Positions 28,411-38,655 of a stretch of 64,000 nt of DNA are shown here, one piece after another. The translations under genes were made by a program, and so were the position numbers. Below the pieces are notes generated by a model. It saw only the letters and a program-made list of their open reading frames with translations, did no database searches and was not told where the DNA came from. Origin of the DNA: an uncultured Chloroflexia bacterium (GTDB taxonomy: Bacteria > Chloroflexota > Limnocylindria > Limnocylindrales > CSP1-4). The stretch covers positions 32,001 to 96,000 of the forward strand of contig CAVVCZ010000005.1 of assembly GCA_963746845.1 (NCBI GenBank), read 5' to 3'. Position 1 is the first letter of the stretch, and every line of letters starts with the position of its first letter.

Positions 28411-29880
28411 TCAAACGAGGACGAGGGCCGATTGCGGCGGCAGCTCGATCGTCGTGCCGGTCAGCGTGCCCGCCGCCATCCCGGGGAGCGCCAGCGGCTC
28501 GAGGCCGACCGTCGCCCGTGCCTCGACGTCCAGGCGTGCCGGCTCGCGCGCTGCGTTGATGGCGACGATGGCCCGGTCTCCGTCGGATTCGCGGGCGATC
28601 ACGATGGCGCTCCCGGCCGCGGCCACGACCCGGGCCGATCCCCGGCGGAGCGCGCGATGGCCGTGGCGCGCGTGGACGACTGCGCGGACGAATGCGCGGT
28701 GGGCGATCGCCCCCTCGTCGGGTGTCGTCGGGTACGCCCGCCGGCAGTCCGGATCGGCCCCACCCTCCATCGCGAGCTCGTCGCCGTAATAGAGGGAGGG
28801 CGCACCGGGCAGCGTGAGCAGCAGCAGCGTGGCGAGACGGAGCGCTGCCGTGTCACCGCCGAGGATCGTTCGCGCCCGCGGCGTGTCGTGGCTGCCGATG
28901 AGGTTGAACTGGGCCGCGACGACGGCCGGATCGTGCAGATCCAGCAGCTCGTGCAGGCGGCCCGCGAAGGCGACCGCGTCGAGCGGGTGCAGGAACCTCG
29001 CGTAGTCGGCCTGGCTCGCGACGGCAGCGCGATCCAGCTCGCCGGCGCTGGCGAAGCCGAGGATCGCGATCCCGAGCGGATAGTGCATCAACGCGTCGAA
29101 TCGATCGCCGAGGAGCCACTCCGGCGACTCGGTCCAGATCTCGCCGACGAGGTAGGCCTCCGGATTGACGGCCCGAACCCGCTGACGGAACTCCGGCCAG
29201 AAGGTCGGGTCCTCGATCTCGGCGGCGACGTCCAGACGCCAGCCGTCGATCCCGGCGCGGAGCCAGTGCTCCGCCACGTCGAAGAGGTACGCGCGGGCGG
29301 CCTGATGCTCCACGCGGATCTTCGGCAGCGAAGACACATTCCACCACGAGGCATAGCCCGCCGCGGCGATCCCGGCGTGGCCACCCTCCCGATAGGCGTC
29401 GATGCCACGGCGGCCGGCGAGGACCTCCGGGTCGAGGTAGAACCAATCGCGGTACGGCGACTGGATGCCGTTCTCGAGCAGGTGCTGGAACGGCCAGAAG
29501 CCCCGCCCCGCGTGGTTGAAGACGCCATCCAGGACGATGCGGATGCCACGACCACGGGCGGCATCGAGGAGCTCGCGCAGCGCCGCGTCCCCACCGAGCA
29601 GCGGATCGACCGAGAAGTAGTCGTAGGCGTTGTAGCGGTGGTTCGAAGCGGCACTGAAGATCGGGTTCAGGTAGATCCCGGTGATCCCGAGGTCGACGAG
29701 ATCGTCCAGGCGACCCGCGACGCCGTACAGGTCGCCGCCCTTGAACCCGAAGTGCGTCGGCGACACGTCCCACGCTTCGAGAGGCCCCGGCGGCGGGACC
29801 CGGCCGCTCCTCGCCAACCGGTCCGGGAAGACCTGGTAGAAGACGGTGTCGGGCACCCAGGACGGAACGTCGATCGGCAT
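28411..29880 (-). CDS. GH13 neopullulanase/cyclomaltodextrinase-like
   Basis: FYQVFPDR, GGDLYG, NHRY, LDGVFNH, DGWRLDVA, GEIW, SHDTPR and YYGDE..DPDCRR. Confidence 0.92.
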   Translation of the reverse strand: MPIDVPSWVPDTVFYQVFPDRLARSGRVPPPGPLEAWDVSPTHFGFKGGDLYGVAGRLDDLVDLGITGIYLNPIFSAASNHRYNAYDYFSVDPLLGGDAALRELLDAARGRGIRIVLDGVFNHAGRGFWPFQHLLENGIQSPYRDWFYLDPEVLAGRRGIDAYREGGHAGIAAAGYASWWNVSSLPKIRVEHQAARAYLFDVAEHWLRAGIDGWRLDVAAEIEDPTFWPEFRQRVRAVNPEAYLVGEIWTESPEWLLGDRFDALMHYPLGIAILGFASAGELDRAAVASQADYARFLHPLDAVAFAGRLHELLDLHDPAVVAAQFNLIGSHDTPRARTILGGDTAALRLATLLLLTLPGAPSLYYGDELAMEGGADPDCRRAYPTTPDEGAIAHRAFVRAVVHARHGHRALRRGSARVVAAAGSAIVIARESDGDRAIVAINAAREPARLDVEARATVGLEPLALPGMAAGTLTGTTIELPPQSALVLV

Positions 29881-29911
29881 TCGGGGGGCTCCTTGGGTCG
29901 AGCCGAGCGGC

Positions 29912-31642
29912 TCAGGGCTGGAAGGTGATCACGATGGTCGACTGCGGGGCGATGGTCGGCACCGGCCGGTAGGCGGCGAAGCCGCCGGTCGACGTCACGC
30001 TCGGCGCCACGACCGCGCTGCTCCCGCCGAAGACCTCCGTCGCCGCGGGTGAGCCGCAGAGCGGCCCGGCGGCGAGGGTCAGGGTGGGACTTGCGGGCGC
30101 GGTGGAGACGTTCGTGAGCACGAGCGCCGTCCCGTTCGGGGCGACGCGAAGCCGAGCGAGCACCCCCGCCGCGTCGCTGTCGACCGCGAGGGACGACCCC
30201 GTCTCGAGGGCCGGCTGCGTCTCGCGCAGCCGGAGGAGGTCACGGTAGCGCGACCAGAGGGAGCCCGGGTCCTCCAATTCGTCGGCGACATTGACGGCCG
30301 GCGGATCGTCGGAGAGCGCCTCCCACGGCGCGTGCGTGCTGAACCCGGCGGCCGGCGTCGAGGCGTCCCAACGCATCGGCGTCCGAATGCGCTCATCCGG
30401 CTTGGCCCCGCTCATCCCGATCTCCTCGCCGTAGTAGACGAACGGCACGCCCGGACCCGTCAGCAGCAGGTCCGCGGCGACGCGCATCTGGCCCGCGTCG
30501 CCGTGGAGCTGGCTCGCCACCCGGTCCATGTCGTGGTTCGACAGGAATGCCCCGAAGTCCGACCCGGCCGCAGCCCGGATCGACGACAGCCGCGTCAGCA
30601 GCCGCCCGAGTCCCGACGCGTCCCCGGTCTGGGCCGCGGTCAGGTAGCCGGTGTCGAGGGCGAAGTCGAACGTCAGGTCCAGGTCGTCGGGGACGTAGCT
30701 CGCGCTGACCTGGGGCAGGTCCCAGACCTCGCCGAGGAGCAGGGCGCCGGGCGTCTTCTCGTCGACGGCCGAGCGGAAGGTCTGCCACCACGCGTGCGTC
30801 TCGGGCGTGTTCTGGGTCTCCGCGCCATCCTCGACGAGGTATTTCGCCGCATCGAGCCTGAAGCCGTCGACGCCGACGTCGGTCAGCCAGTACTCGGCGT
30901 CTGCGGTCACCTCCGCGGTGACGTCCGGATTCCGCAGGTTCAGGTCCGGGAAGTCGGCACCGAACGCGGCGTAGTAGTAGCGGTCGCCGTCGGCCTGCCA
31001 GCCGTTGCCCTCGGGCTGGTTCGACCAGACGTACCAGTCCCTCTTCGGCCCCTTGCCCGTCCGCGACGAGACGAACCACGGATCCTCGATCGAGGTGTGG
31101 TTGAGGGGCAGGTCGAGGAGGACCGCGATGCCCCGCCGATGGGCCTCGCCGACGAGCGTCCGGAGGTCGCCGAGGGAGCCGTAGTCGGGGTTCACCGTGC
31201 GGTAGTCCGTGACGTCATAGCCGTGGTACGAGGGCGATGGGAACGTGGGCATCAGCCACAGCCCGGTGATCCCGAGATCGGTCGTCGTCGCGGGGTCGCC
31301 GTCGTTGAGCGCGTCGAGCTTCGCGGTCAGGCCGCGCAGGTCGCCGATCCCGTCGCCGTTGCTGTCGGCAAAGCTCCTGACGAAGACCTCGTAGAAGACG
31401 CGGTCACGCCACCAGCCGGGCTGCCCGAGTTGCGGCGGCGGGGCGATGGGCGGGAGCGGCGGGCAGGTGGGCGCCGCGTTCGCGACGGACGACGGGGTCG
31501 CGGGCGATCCTGCGGTCCCGACGACTGCCGACCCGGGCGGGGCGTTCGTCCCCGCGGGCGACGGCGATCCGCTCGATCCGCAAGCCGCGACGGCGAGCAG
31601 CGTGGCCGACAGTGCGGCCGAGCGCACCCGCCCCGGGATCAA
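29912..31642 (-). CDS. GH13 alpha-amylase, lipoprotein
   Basis: Lipobox VAAC-GS, FYEVFVRSFADSNGDGIGDL, YHGYDVTDY, DGFRLDAAK, GEVW and NHD. TTG start overlaps the malG stop (alternative GTG at 31627). Confidence 0.9.
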   Translation of the reverse strand: MIPGRVRSAALSATLLAVAACGSSGSPSPAGTNAPPGSAVVGTAGSPATPSSVANAAPTCPPLPPIAPPPQLGQPGWWRDRVFYEVFVRSFADSNGDGIGDLRGLTAKLDALNDGDPATTTDLGITGLWLMPTFPSPSYHGYDVTDYRTVNPDYGSLGDLRTLVGEAHRRGIAVLLDLPLNHTSIEDPWFVSSRTGKGPKRDWYVWSNQPEGNGWQADGDRYYYAAFGADFPDLNLRNPDVTAEVTADAEYWLTDVGVDGFRLDAAKYLVEDGAETQNTPETHAWWQTFRSAVDEKTPGALLLGEVWDLPQVSASYVPDDLDLTFDFALDTGYLTAAQTGDASGLGRLLTRLSSIRAAAGSDFGAFLSNHDMDRVASQLHGDAGQMRVAADLLLTGPGVPFVYYGEEIGMSGAKPDERIRTPMRWDASTPAAGFSTHAPWEALSDDPPAVNVADELEDPGSLWSRYRDLLRLRETQPALETGSSLAVDSDAAGVLARLRVAPNGTALVLTNVSTAPASPTLTLAAGPLCGSPAATEVFGGSSAVVAPSVTSTGGFAAYRPVPTIAPQSTIVITFQP

Positions 31643-32568
31643 CCCTTGACGCCGCCGATCGTCAGCCCCGAGACGATGTACCGCTGCAGGAAGAGGTAGA
31701 CGACCATCACGGGCAGGGCGAACAGGACCGCGAACGCCGCGAACACCGACCACGGCGTGCTGCCGGCGTACTGGCCGACGAGGGCATTGAGGGCGATCGC
31801 GAGCGTCCACTGGTTCGGGTCGCCGACGACGAACACCGACGCCATCAGGAACTCTGTCCAGCCGGCCACGAACCCGAAGAACGCCGTCACCGCGATGACC
31901 GGCGTCGCGAGCGGCAGGATGATGCTCCGGAAGATCCGGAAGTGGCCGGCCCCGTCGACCGTGGCTGCCTCCTCGAGCTCCTTCGGGATCGTGTCGAGGT
32001 AGCCCTTCATGTTCCAGATGGCAAAGGGAAGCGTGGTCGCGGTCACTGCCAGGGCGACGCCCCACAGCGACGTCCCGAGGTTGAAGCCACCGATCCGGAA
32101 CCGGTTCATCGATACGAACAGCGGCCCGATCGTGGCGACGGCCGGCAGCATCAGGACCGCCAGGACGACGATCATCATCACCTCGCGGCCGCGGAAGTGG
32201 AGGCGGGAGAACGCGTAGGCGGCGAGGATCCCGAGCCCGACACTCAGGCCGGCGATCACGACGGCGATGAAGAAGCTGTTCAGGGCCAGCTGGAGGAATG
32301 TGACCGGGTTGAGGGTCGGTCGCGAGAGGACCTTCGCGTAGGCGTCGAGCGATGCCCCGGGCGGGATGATCGAGTCGGGCCGCGCGACGTTCCGCGGGTC
32401 GAGCGACATCCCGACGATCCAGACGATCGGGAACAGCACGGTCAGGGCGATCCCGAGACAGACGAGCTGCAGGATGATCTGACGCCTGAGCGTCAGCCGG
32501 CCGCGCGGGCGGCTCTTGGTCCGGACGCGGGCCTTCGACTCGACCTGGGCGGCGGTCTGGGCGGTCAT
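31639..32568 (-). CDS. malG: Maltose/maltodextrin ABC permease, MalG-like
   Basis: KGYLDTIPKELEEAATVDGA EAA loop and LQRYIVSGLTIGGVKG C-terminus. Confidence 0.88.
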   Translation of the reverse strand: MTAQTAAQVESKARVRTKSRPRGRLTLRRQIILQLVCLGIALTVLFPIVWIVGMSLDPRNVARPDSIIPPGASLDAYAKVLSRPTLNPVTFLQLALNSFFIAVVIAGLSVGLGILAAYAFSRLHFRGREVMMIVVLAVLMLPAVATIGPLFVSMNRFRIGGFNLGTSLWGVALAVTATTLPFAIWNMKGYLDTIPKELEEAATVDGAGHFRIFRSIILPLATPVIAVTAFFGFVAGWTEFLMASVFVVGDPNQWTLAIALNALVGQYAGSTPWSVFAAFAVLFALPVMVVYLFLQRYIVSGLTIGGVKG

Positions 32569-32616
32569 GACCGGCTCCTCCGCGTGTGGGACGCATGGCT
32601 GCGAGGACGTGTCGGC

Positions 32617-33630
32617 TCACGCATCGAAGGATTCCGTGGCGTGGGCGAGCCTGTTGGTGACCAGCGTGATCACGAGCAGGATCAGGAACTGGAAGATCGC
32701 GAACGCGGCGGCGACGCCGAAGAGATGTTGTTCGGCGACCAGCCGGAAGGCGGTCGTGACGAGGAGCTCGGTCTGGCCGAACGGCCCACCGCCGGACATG
32801 AAGTACGACAGGTAGAAGAGATTGAAGGTGATGACGAAGCCGTAGATCGCGAACGGCAGCATCGCCGGCCGGAGGTACGGGAGTGTCACCGTCTTGAACT
32901 GGTCCCACCAACCCGCGCCGTCCATCTCCGCAGCCTCGTACAGATCCTTGGGGACGGACTGCAGGGCACCCGTCGCGACGACGGCGTTGAGCGGCCAGCC
33001 GAGCCAGACATTGGCGGCCAGCAGGGCGAAGTAGGCGACCGGCAGGACGAACGGCCCGGCGGCGATGAGCGGGTTCGGAGTGTTCAGCCAGTCCAGCGTG
33101 AACGGCGGCAGCTTGAACAGGACACCCACCGTGCCGTTGATCAGCTGGTTGATCGCCCCGTACTGAGCGTCGAACATGTTCCGCCAGACCGTCGCGACGA
33201 TGATCGGCGGGATCGCCACCGGCAGGATGTAGACCGCCCGCCAGAACCGCTTGAACTTCAGCCCCTGGATGTTCAGCACGAGGGCGATGGTCACCCCCAC
33301 GACGACGTGGATGACCACGTTCGTCAACGCCCAGAACAGGTTGAAGACCAGGATCCGCAGGAAGTCGAAGTTCGGCAGGACGATGTTGTTGTCGAGGATC
33401 CGGGTGAAGTTGTCCAGGCCGACGAACGGCGGCGCCGGCGAGTTCGGGCGGAGATTCTTCAGCTGGAAGTCGGTGAACGACATCCAGACCTGGAAGGCAA
33501 GCGGATAGAAGGTGATGATCGCCATCAACAGGAGGGCGGGCAGCAGGAACAGGTAGGCAATCCGCGTGTTGCGGGAACGGTTCCAGAACGAGCGGCGCGG
33601 CGCGACCTGGGCAGTGGCAACGGCCGTCAT
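32617..33630 (-). CDS. malF: Maltose/maltodextrin ABC permease, MalF-like
   Basis: NVWLGWP..GALQSVPKDLYEAAEMDGA EAA loop. Confidence 0.85.
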   Translation of the reverse strand: MTAVATAQVAPRRSFWNRSRNTRIAYLFLLPALLLMAIITFYPLAFQVWMSFTDFQLKNLRPNSPAPPFVGLDNFTRILDNNIVLPNFDFLRILVFNLFWALTNVVIHVVVGVTIALVLNIQGLKFKRFWRAVYILPVAIPPIIVATVWRNMFDAQYGAINQLINGTVGVLFKLPPFTLDWLNTPNPLIAAGPFVLPVAYFALLAANVWLGWPLNAVVATGALQSVPKDLYEAAEMDGAGWWDQFKTVTLPYLRPAMLPFAIYGFVITFNLFYLSYFMSGGGPFGQTELLVTTAFRLVAEQHLFGVAAAFAIFQFLILLVITLVTNRLAHATESFDA

Positions 33631-33683
33631 CGCCTCTCCTCCATCTCCACGACGCCGTCTCCTGCGGCCCGGCTGGTGGCGTG

Positions 33684-33713
33684 GTGGGGGCGCCGGCGAA
33701 CCGACGCCCCCAC
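33684..33713 (-). terminator. Strong hairpin between the solute-binding and permease genes (mRNA stabiliser or attenuator)
   Basis: Minus strand GTGGGGGCGTCGG-TTCG-CCGGCGCCCCCAC forms a 13-bp stem with a UUCG loop and no U-tract. Confidence 0.6.
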
Positions 33714-33769
33714 GTCCACGACGACTCTGGAGCGAACCCTACCGCGCGACGGGGGTCCGCTCCAAGACA

Positions 33770-35053
33770 CTACTTCCCGTTGGCCTTGTCCATCGCCGTG
33801 CACGCGTCGGCGGTGGCCTTGGTCGGGTCGGTCCCCTTGTCGATCACGGAGACCAGCGCGTTGCCGAAGTTGCCCCAGTAGTTGTTCAGCTCCTTTGCCG
33901 TGGGGCGAGCGAAGCCCTTCGGCATCAGGGCCGCGAACGCCTGGGCGATCGGATCGGCGGGCTGGAGCGTCGTGTTCGCCGGGAGGTGACCCGCGTCGGC
34001 GAAGATCTGCTCGTTGGTCGGCTGCAGGAACTGCAGGGCGAACTGCTTGGCCAGGTCGCCATTCGGCGACGAGGCGTTGATGTAGAAGCCGTCAGGAGCC
34101 GTCATCGGCGCCCAGGCGCCGACCCCCTTCGGCCCCTCGACGACCGCGAGCTTGTCGCCGAGCGCCTTCTTCAGGTCGCCTGACTGCCACGGACCGTCGA
34201 TGAAGCCGGCGATCTTCCCGGAGAGAAGGTCGGCCTTGGCGTCGTTGTCGTTCTGGTAGAAGTGCATACCGGCTGCCTTCATGTCCTGCAGCCACTTGAA
34301 GCCGTCGGCCACGCCCGTGTTGGCGGTCGCCGCGCAGGTTCCGTCGTCGTTCAGGATCTTGCCGCCGAACGTCGAGAACAGGCCCCACAGGTAGTAGGCG
34401 CCGCCGCCGTTGGCTCCGTAGACCCAGCCGAGCTTGCTGGCGTTGGCCTTCCAATCATCGATGGTCACCGGCGCCGTCGTGAGCTTGCTCGTGTCATAGA
34501 AGAGCTCGACGGCCTTCATCGACTCCGGGATCTCGTACATCTTCCCGTCGACGGTCGACGCGTTGATCGCGACGTCGCTCGAGTTGTACGGGGCGGCCTT
34601 GAGCGTCGCGCTCAGGTCGCTGACGTCCACGAGGAGGCCGTTGCGGGCCTCGGTCGGCAGGCTGTCGTTCGGGGCGATGTACATGTCCGGCCCCTGGCCG
34701 GCGGCCGCCTGCGTCTCGAAGTTCGAGAACAGGTTGTTGAATGGGACGTCGGTCACGTTCACGGTCAGACCGGGGTTGGCGGTCTTGATGTTGCCGACGA
34801 TCTTGTCGAACGCGTCCTTCTCGGCACTGCCCGACGCTCCGTACGCCTCCCAGACGCTGAGGGTGCCCGTGAGGGCCGCGGCCGTCGACGGCGCGACCGA
34901 CTCGGTTCCGCCCGAGGCGGCCGTGCTCGGCGCCGCCACGCTCGGGGCCGGCGCGCTGCTCGCCGAGGGCGTCGGCGTCGCGCCGCCGGAGCAGGCGCTC
35001 AGGACGATGGCGAACCCGGTCAGGGCGCTCGCCATCCGCAACTTCGTGTTCAT
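33770..35053 (-). CDS. malE: Maltodextrin ABC substrate-binding lipoprotein, MalE-like
   Basis: Lipobox VLSAC, AAGQGPDMYI, VDGKMYEIP and IDGPW. SD GAGGAG. Confidence 0.85.
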   Translation of the reverse strand: MNTKLRMASALTGFAIVLSACSGGATPTPSASSAPAPSVAAPSTAASGGTESVAPSTAAALTGTLSVWEAYGASGSAEKDAFDKIVGNIKTANPGLTVNVTDVPFNNLFSNFETQAAAGQGPDMYIAPNDSLPTEARNGLLVDVSDLSATLKAAPYNSSDVAINASTVDGKMYEIPESMKAVELFYDTSKLTTAPVTIDDWKANASKLGWVYGANGGGAYYLWGLFSTFGGKILNDDGTCAATANTGVADGFKWLQDMKAAGMHFYQNDNDAKADLLSGKIAGFIDGPWQSGDLKKALGDKLAVVEGPKGVGAWAPMTAPDGFYINASSPNGDLAKQFALQFLQPTNEQIFADAGHLPANTTLQPADPIAQAFAALMPKGFARPTAKELNNYWGNFGNALVSVIDKGTDPTKATADACTAMDKANGK

Positions 35054-35182
35054 GGTCGGTCTTGACTCCTCCTCTGAAGCTGGTGTCGTGGCCGGTCGGA
35101 CCGGCCGAATGCCGCCCTCCGAGCGGCGGTCATCTCCGTTTCGATCGCGTGTCGGCGACCCACGGTCGTGGTCCGCGACTCG

Positions 35183-36259
35183 TCAGGCTGACGTCGGTCT
35201 GTCCGCCGGCACCTCCCCTCGATCAGGCCGGGGCCCGGTCGACGACCGGACCACCAGGCTGGTCTCCAACCGACGATGGCCGGGTGCCGGCTCGCGGCCC
35301 CCGATCATCGACAGCAGCATCCGGACCGCCTCTTCGCCCTTCCCGCGGACGGGCTGGTGGACGGTCGTCAGGGCCGGGTCGGTCGAAGCGGCGAGGTCGA
35401 CGTCGTCGAAGCCGACGACGCTGACATCACCCGGAACCCGTGCGCCCCGCTCGTGAATCGCCTGGATCGCCCCGATCGCCATTCCGTCGCTCATCGCCAG
35501 CACCGCCGTCGGGCGGCGGCCAGCGTCCCACAGGCCGCCAAGGGCGGCACGGCCGCCCTCGATGCTCGCCGGTCCGGACGCGACGAGGTCGTCCGGGACG
35601 TCGATTCCGGCGCCGGCCAGCGCCGTCCGGTAGCCGCGAAGGCGGCGGCCCACGACACCGTCGCCCGGCTCGGGCGTCGCCGAAGGGCGGTCGATCGCGA
35701 GGATCGCGAAGTCGCGGTGGCCGTGCTCGAGCAGGTGACGGGCGGCGAGCTCCGCCCCACCCTCGTCATCAACGTCGACGGATGCGACATGGTGGTTCGT
35801 GTTCGAATCGACGAGGACCATGGGCAGCCCGGCCCGGCGCACCTCGTCGATCTCCGGGTGGTCGTCGTTGAGACCGATCGCCACGACGCCGTCCACGATC
35901 GCCCGGTTGATGGCCCGCGACAGCGAGCCGTGCAGGGGCGAGATGAAGTGGAGGCCGAACCCGTGCTCCTCGGCGACCCCGGCGATGCCCGCGCTGAACG
36001 CGCCGAAGAACGGGTTGGTGAAGATGACCGACAGGTCCTGCGGGGTCAGAATGCCGATCGCGCCCGTCCGGCGCTGGGTCAGCATCCGGGCGACCGGGTC
36101 CGGCCGGTAGCCGAGCTCCTGGGCGATGCCGAGGATCCGGTGGGCCGTGGCCGCGTTGAGCCGGTCGGGGCTGTTGAAGGCGAACGACACGGCCGTCTTC
36201 GAGACGCCCGCCCGCTCGGCCACGTCGGCGATCGTCACCCGTCGCGCGACCTGCTGCAC
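35183..36259 (-). CDS. LacI-family regulator (MalR-like)
   Basis: TIADVAERAGVSKTAVSFAFN, LGYRPDPVAR and VSVVGFDD..LTTVHQP. Confidence 0.93.
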   Translation of the reverse strand: MQQVARRVTIADVAERAGVSKTAVSFAFNSPDRLNAATAHRILGIAQELGYRPDPVARMLTQRRTGAIGILTPQDLSVIFTNPFFGAFSAGIAGVAEEHGFGLHFISPLHGSLSRAINRAIVDGVVAIGLNDDHPEIDEVRRAGLPMVLVDSNTNHHVASVDVDDEGGAELAARHLLEHGHRDFAILAIDRPSATPEPGDGVVGRRLRGYRTALAGAGIDVPDDLVASGPASIEGGRAALGGLWDAGRRPTAVLAMSDGMAIGAIQAIHERGARVPGDVSVVGFDDVDLAASTDPALTTVHQPVRGKGEEAVRMLLSMIGGREPAPGHRRLETSLVVRSSTGPRPDRGEVPADRPTSA

Positions 36260-36355
36260 GCCGCTCCTCCTTCGGCCGGAACCCGTCCGCCGCCCTCCCG
36301 GATCCGCGGCTCCGAACCTCGTCGGTCGATCGCGGACGTGTATCATGGGGCGGCA

Positions 36356-36378
36356 AAACCGGTTTAGCAAACCGGTTT
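36356..36378. promoter_or_regulatory. Tandem LacI operators
   Basis: AAACCGGTTT at 36356-36365 and again at 36369-36378, in the divergent lacI/GH57 intergenic region. Confidence 0.8.
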
Positions 36379-36483
36379 ACGGACCCTAACAGGACGGGGC
36401 CGCGACGTCAACGGGTGCGGTCACGAAACCGGCGATGCGCCGCCCACCGGCGTGTCGCACCATGGCGGTCTCCAGGAGGATCG

Positions 36484-38655
36484 GTGACGCGTCGGATCGG
36501 GCTCGCCCTGACACTCCACAACCACCAGCCCGTGGGCAACTTCGGCTGGGTGATCGCCGAGACCTTTGAGCGGGCCTATCTCCCGATGGTCGAGGCGCTG
36601 GAGCGCCATCCGGGTGTGCATCTCGCGCTCCACTACACCGGGCCCCTGATCGCCTGGCTCCGTGCCGAGCGGCCCGAGTTCCTCGATCGACTCGGGACCC
36701 TCGTCGCCCGCAACCAGGTCGAGATCGTCGGCGGCGGCTGGTACGAGCCGGTCCTCGCCTCGCTCCCGGAGCGCGACCGGATCGCCCAGCTCCGCCGGAT
36801 GGCCGACGAGCTGGAGCGGCAGTTCGGCCGCCGGCCGACCGGCGCGTGGCTGGCGGAGCGAGTCTGGGAGCCGGACCTCCCGACGGCGCTCCGCGACGCC
36901 GGCTATGACTGGACCATCCTCGATGACGCCCATTTTCGGGCCGCCGCCATTCCGGAGGAGGCGTTGTGGGGTCCCTACACGACGGACGATCAGGGCAAGA
37001 TCATCCACGTCTACGGGACCGAGCAGGGTCTCCGCTACCACATCCCGTTCAGCCCGGTGGAGACCGTCATCGCCCACCTTCGCGATCACGCGACCGAGGC
37101 CGGCGATCGGGTCGGGACGATGGGCGACGACGGCGAGAAGTTCGGGGGGTGGCCGACGACCTACGAGCACTGCTGGACGAACCACTGGGTCGACGACTTC
37201 TTCACCGCCCTCGAGGCGAACGCCGACTGGCTCCGGACCGTGACCCCCTCACGCTGGCTCGCCGAGCACCCGGCGATCGGTCGCGTGTACGTGCCGACCG
37301 GTTCGTACGCCGAGATGGGCGAGTGGGCGCTCCCGGCCGACGAGGCGCTCGCGTACTCGCGTGCGCTGCACGAGGCCCAGGCGGCGAAGCGCCCCGATGT
37401 CCGCTGGCTCCGCGGGGCGATCTGGCGGAACTTCCAGGTCCGCTATCGCGAGATCAACGACCTCCACAAGCAGATGCTCCGGACCTCCGGGCTGGTTGCG
37501 GCGATGACGCCCGGCGCGGCACGGGACGCCGCCCTGGATCACCTCCTCGCAGGTCAGTCGAACGACCCGTACTGGCACGGGCTGTTCGGCGGGATCTACC
37601 TGCCCGACCTCCGTCTCGCGAACCACGCCAACCTGATCGCCGCCGAGGACCTTGCCATCGGCGACCGCGAACCGGACAGCGGCGTCGAGATCGACCTCGA
37701 TCTCGACGGGCGGCCCGAGGTGCTCCTGGCCAACGCCGGCGAGATCGTCGCCATCAAGCCGGACGAAGGCGGCGGGATCGGGCGCTGGGACCTCCGCGCC
37801 GCGCGGTTCGCGCTGACGGCCGTCCTCCGACGACGGCCCGAGGCGTACCACGCCAGGGTCCGGGCCCTCGATGCGCGGTCTGCCGGCGGCGACGAGCGCG
37901 ACGGCAGCGACGGCAGCGACGGCGACATCGCCTCCATCCACGACATCGTGATGGCCAAGCAGGCGGGCCTGAGCGACCACCTCCACTACGACCCGGACGA
38001 GCGGCGGTCGGGTCTCGTGCGCTTCCTCGCGCTCGACGCGACGGCGGACGATACCGCGACGGAGGTCCACGATCTGGGCGATTTCGCGTCGGGCGCCTGG
38101 GCCGTCGTCGAGCTGACCCCCGACCGGGTCGTCCTCGAACGGGACGGGATCGTCCGCCTCGACGAGACGGCCCATCCGGTCCGCGCCCGGAAGACGATCC
38201 GGGTCGCCGGCGGCCGGCTGGATCCGGAGCTGGTGGTCGAGGTGTCGGTTACGAACGCCGGCGACGGGACGCTCGACGCGCGACTGGCGGTCGAGTGGTC
38301 GACGATGCTCCTCGGCGGCGGGGGCAATCCGGCCGCGTGGCAGGAGGTCGCCGGCCGGCGCGTCGCCCACGATGCCCGGATCGACGCGGACGGGGCCGGC
38401 GACATCGCCGCCGGCAACGATTTCCTCGGGATCCGGGTGGACACCGCGCTCCAGCCGGCCGAGGACGTCTGGATCGCACCGATCGAGACGGTCTCGAACT
38501 CCGAGGGCGGCTTCGAGCTCGTCTACCAGGGCAGTGCCGCGCTGACCGGTCGGCGTGTGTCGCTCGGACCGGGCGAGCGCGCCACGATCGCGGTCGTGCA
38601 GCGTGTCGCGATCGCGGTCGATCGCGGCGTCGAGGCCAGAGTGGCCGCCGGGTGA
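36484..38655 (+). CDS. GH57 4-alpha-glucanotransferase/alpha-amylase
   Basis: HNHQPVGNF, GAWLAERVWEP, GDDGEKFGGWP and QSNDPYWHGLFGGIY. SD AGGAGG. Confidence 0.9.
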   Translation: MTRRIGLALTLHNHQPVGNFGWVIAETFERAYLPMVEALERHPGVHLALHYTGPLIAWLRAERPEFLDRLGTLVARNQVEIVGGGWYEPVLASLPERDRIAQLRRMADELERQFGRRPTGAWLAERVWEPDLPTALRDAGYDWTILDDAHFRAAAIPEEALWGPYTTDDQGKIIHVYGTEQGLRYHIPFSPVETVIAHLRDHATEAGDRVGTMGDDGEKFGGWPTTYEHCWTNHWVDDFFTALEANADWLRTVTPSRWLAEHPAIGRVYVPTGSYAEMGEWALPADEALAYSRALHEAQAAKRPDVRWLRGAIWRNFQVRYREINDLHKQMLRTSGLVAAMTPGAARDAALDHLLAGQSNDPYWHGLFGGIYLPDLRLANHANLIAAEDLAIGDREPDSGVEIDLDLDGRPEVLLANAGEIVAIKPDEGGGIGRWDLRAARFALTAVLRRRPEAYHARVRALDARSAGGDERDGSDGSDGDIASIHDIVMAKQAGLSDHLHYDPDERRSGLVRFLALDATADDTATEVHDLGDFASGAWAVVELTPDRVVLERDGIVRLDETAHPVRARKTIRVAGGRLDPELVVEVSVTNAGDGTLDARLAVEWSTMLLGGGGNPAAWQEVAGRRVAHDARIDADGAGDIAAGNDFLGIRVDTALQPAEDVWIAPIETVSNSEGGFELVYQGSAALTGRRVSLGPGERATIAVVQRVAIAVDRGVEARVAAG

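Noticed and set aside
29912-32911. 999-aa ORF suggesting a permease-amylase fusion
   Set aside because: The upstream part is an off-frame shadow of malG/malF. The amylase starts with its own lipoprotein signal near 31642.
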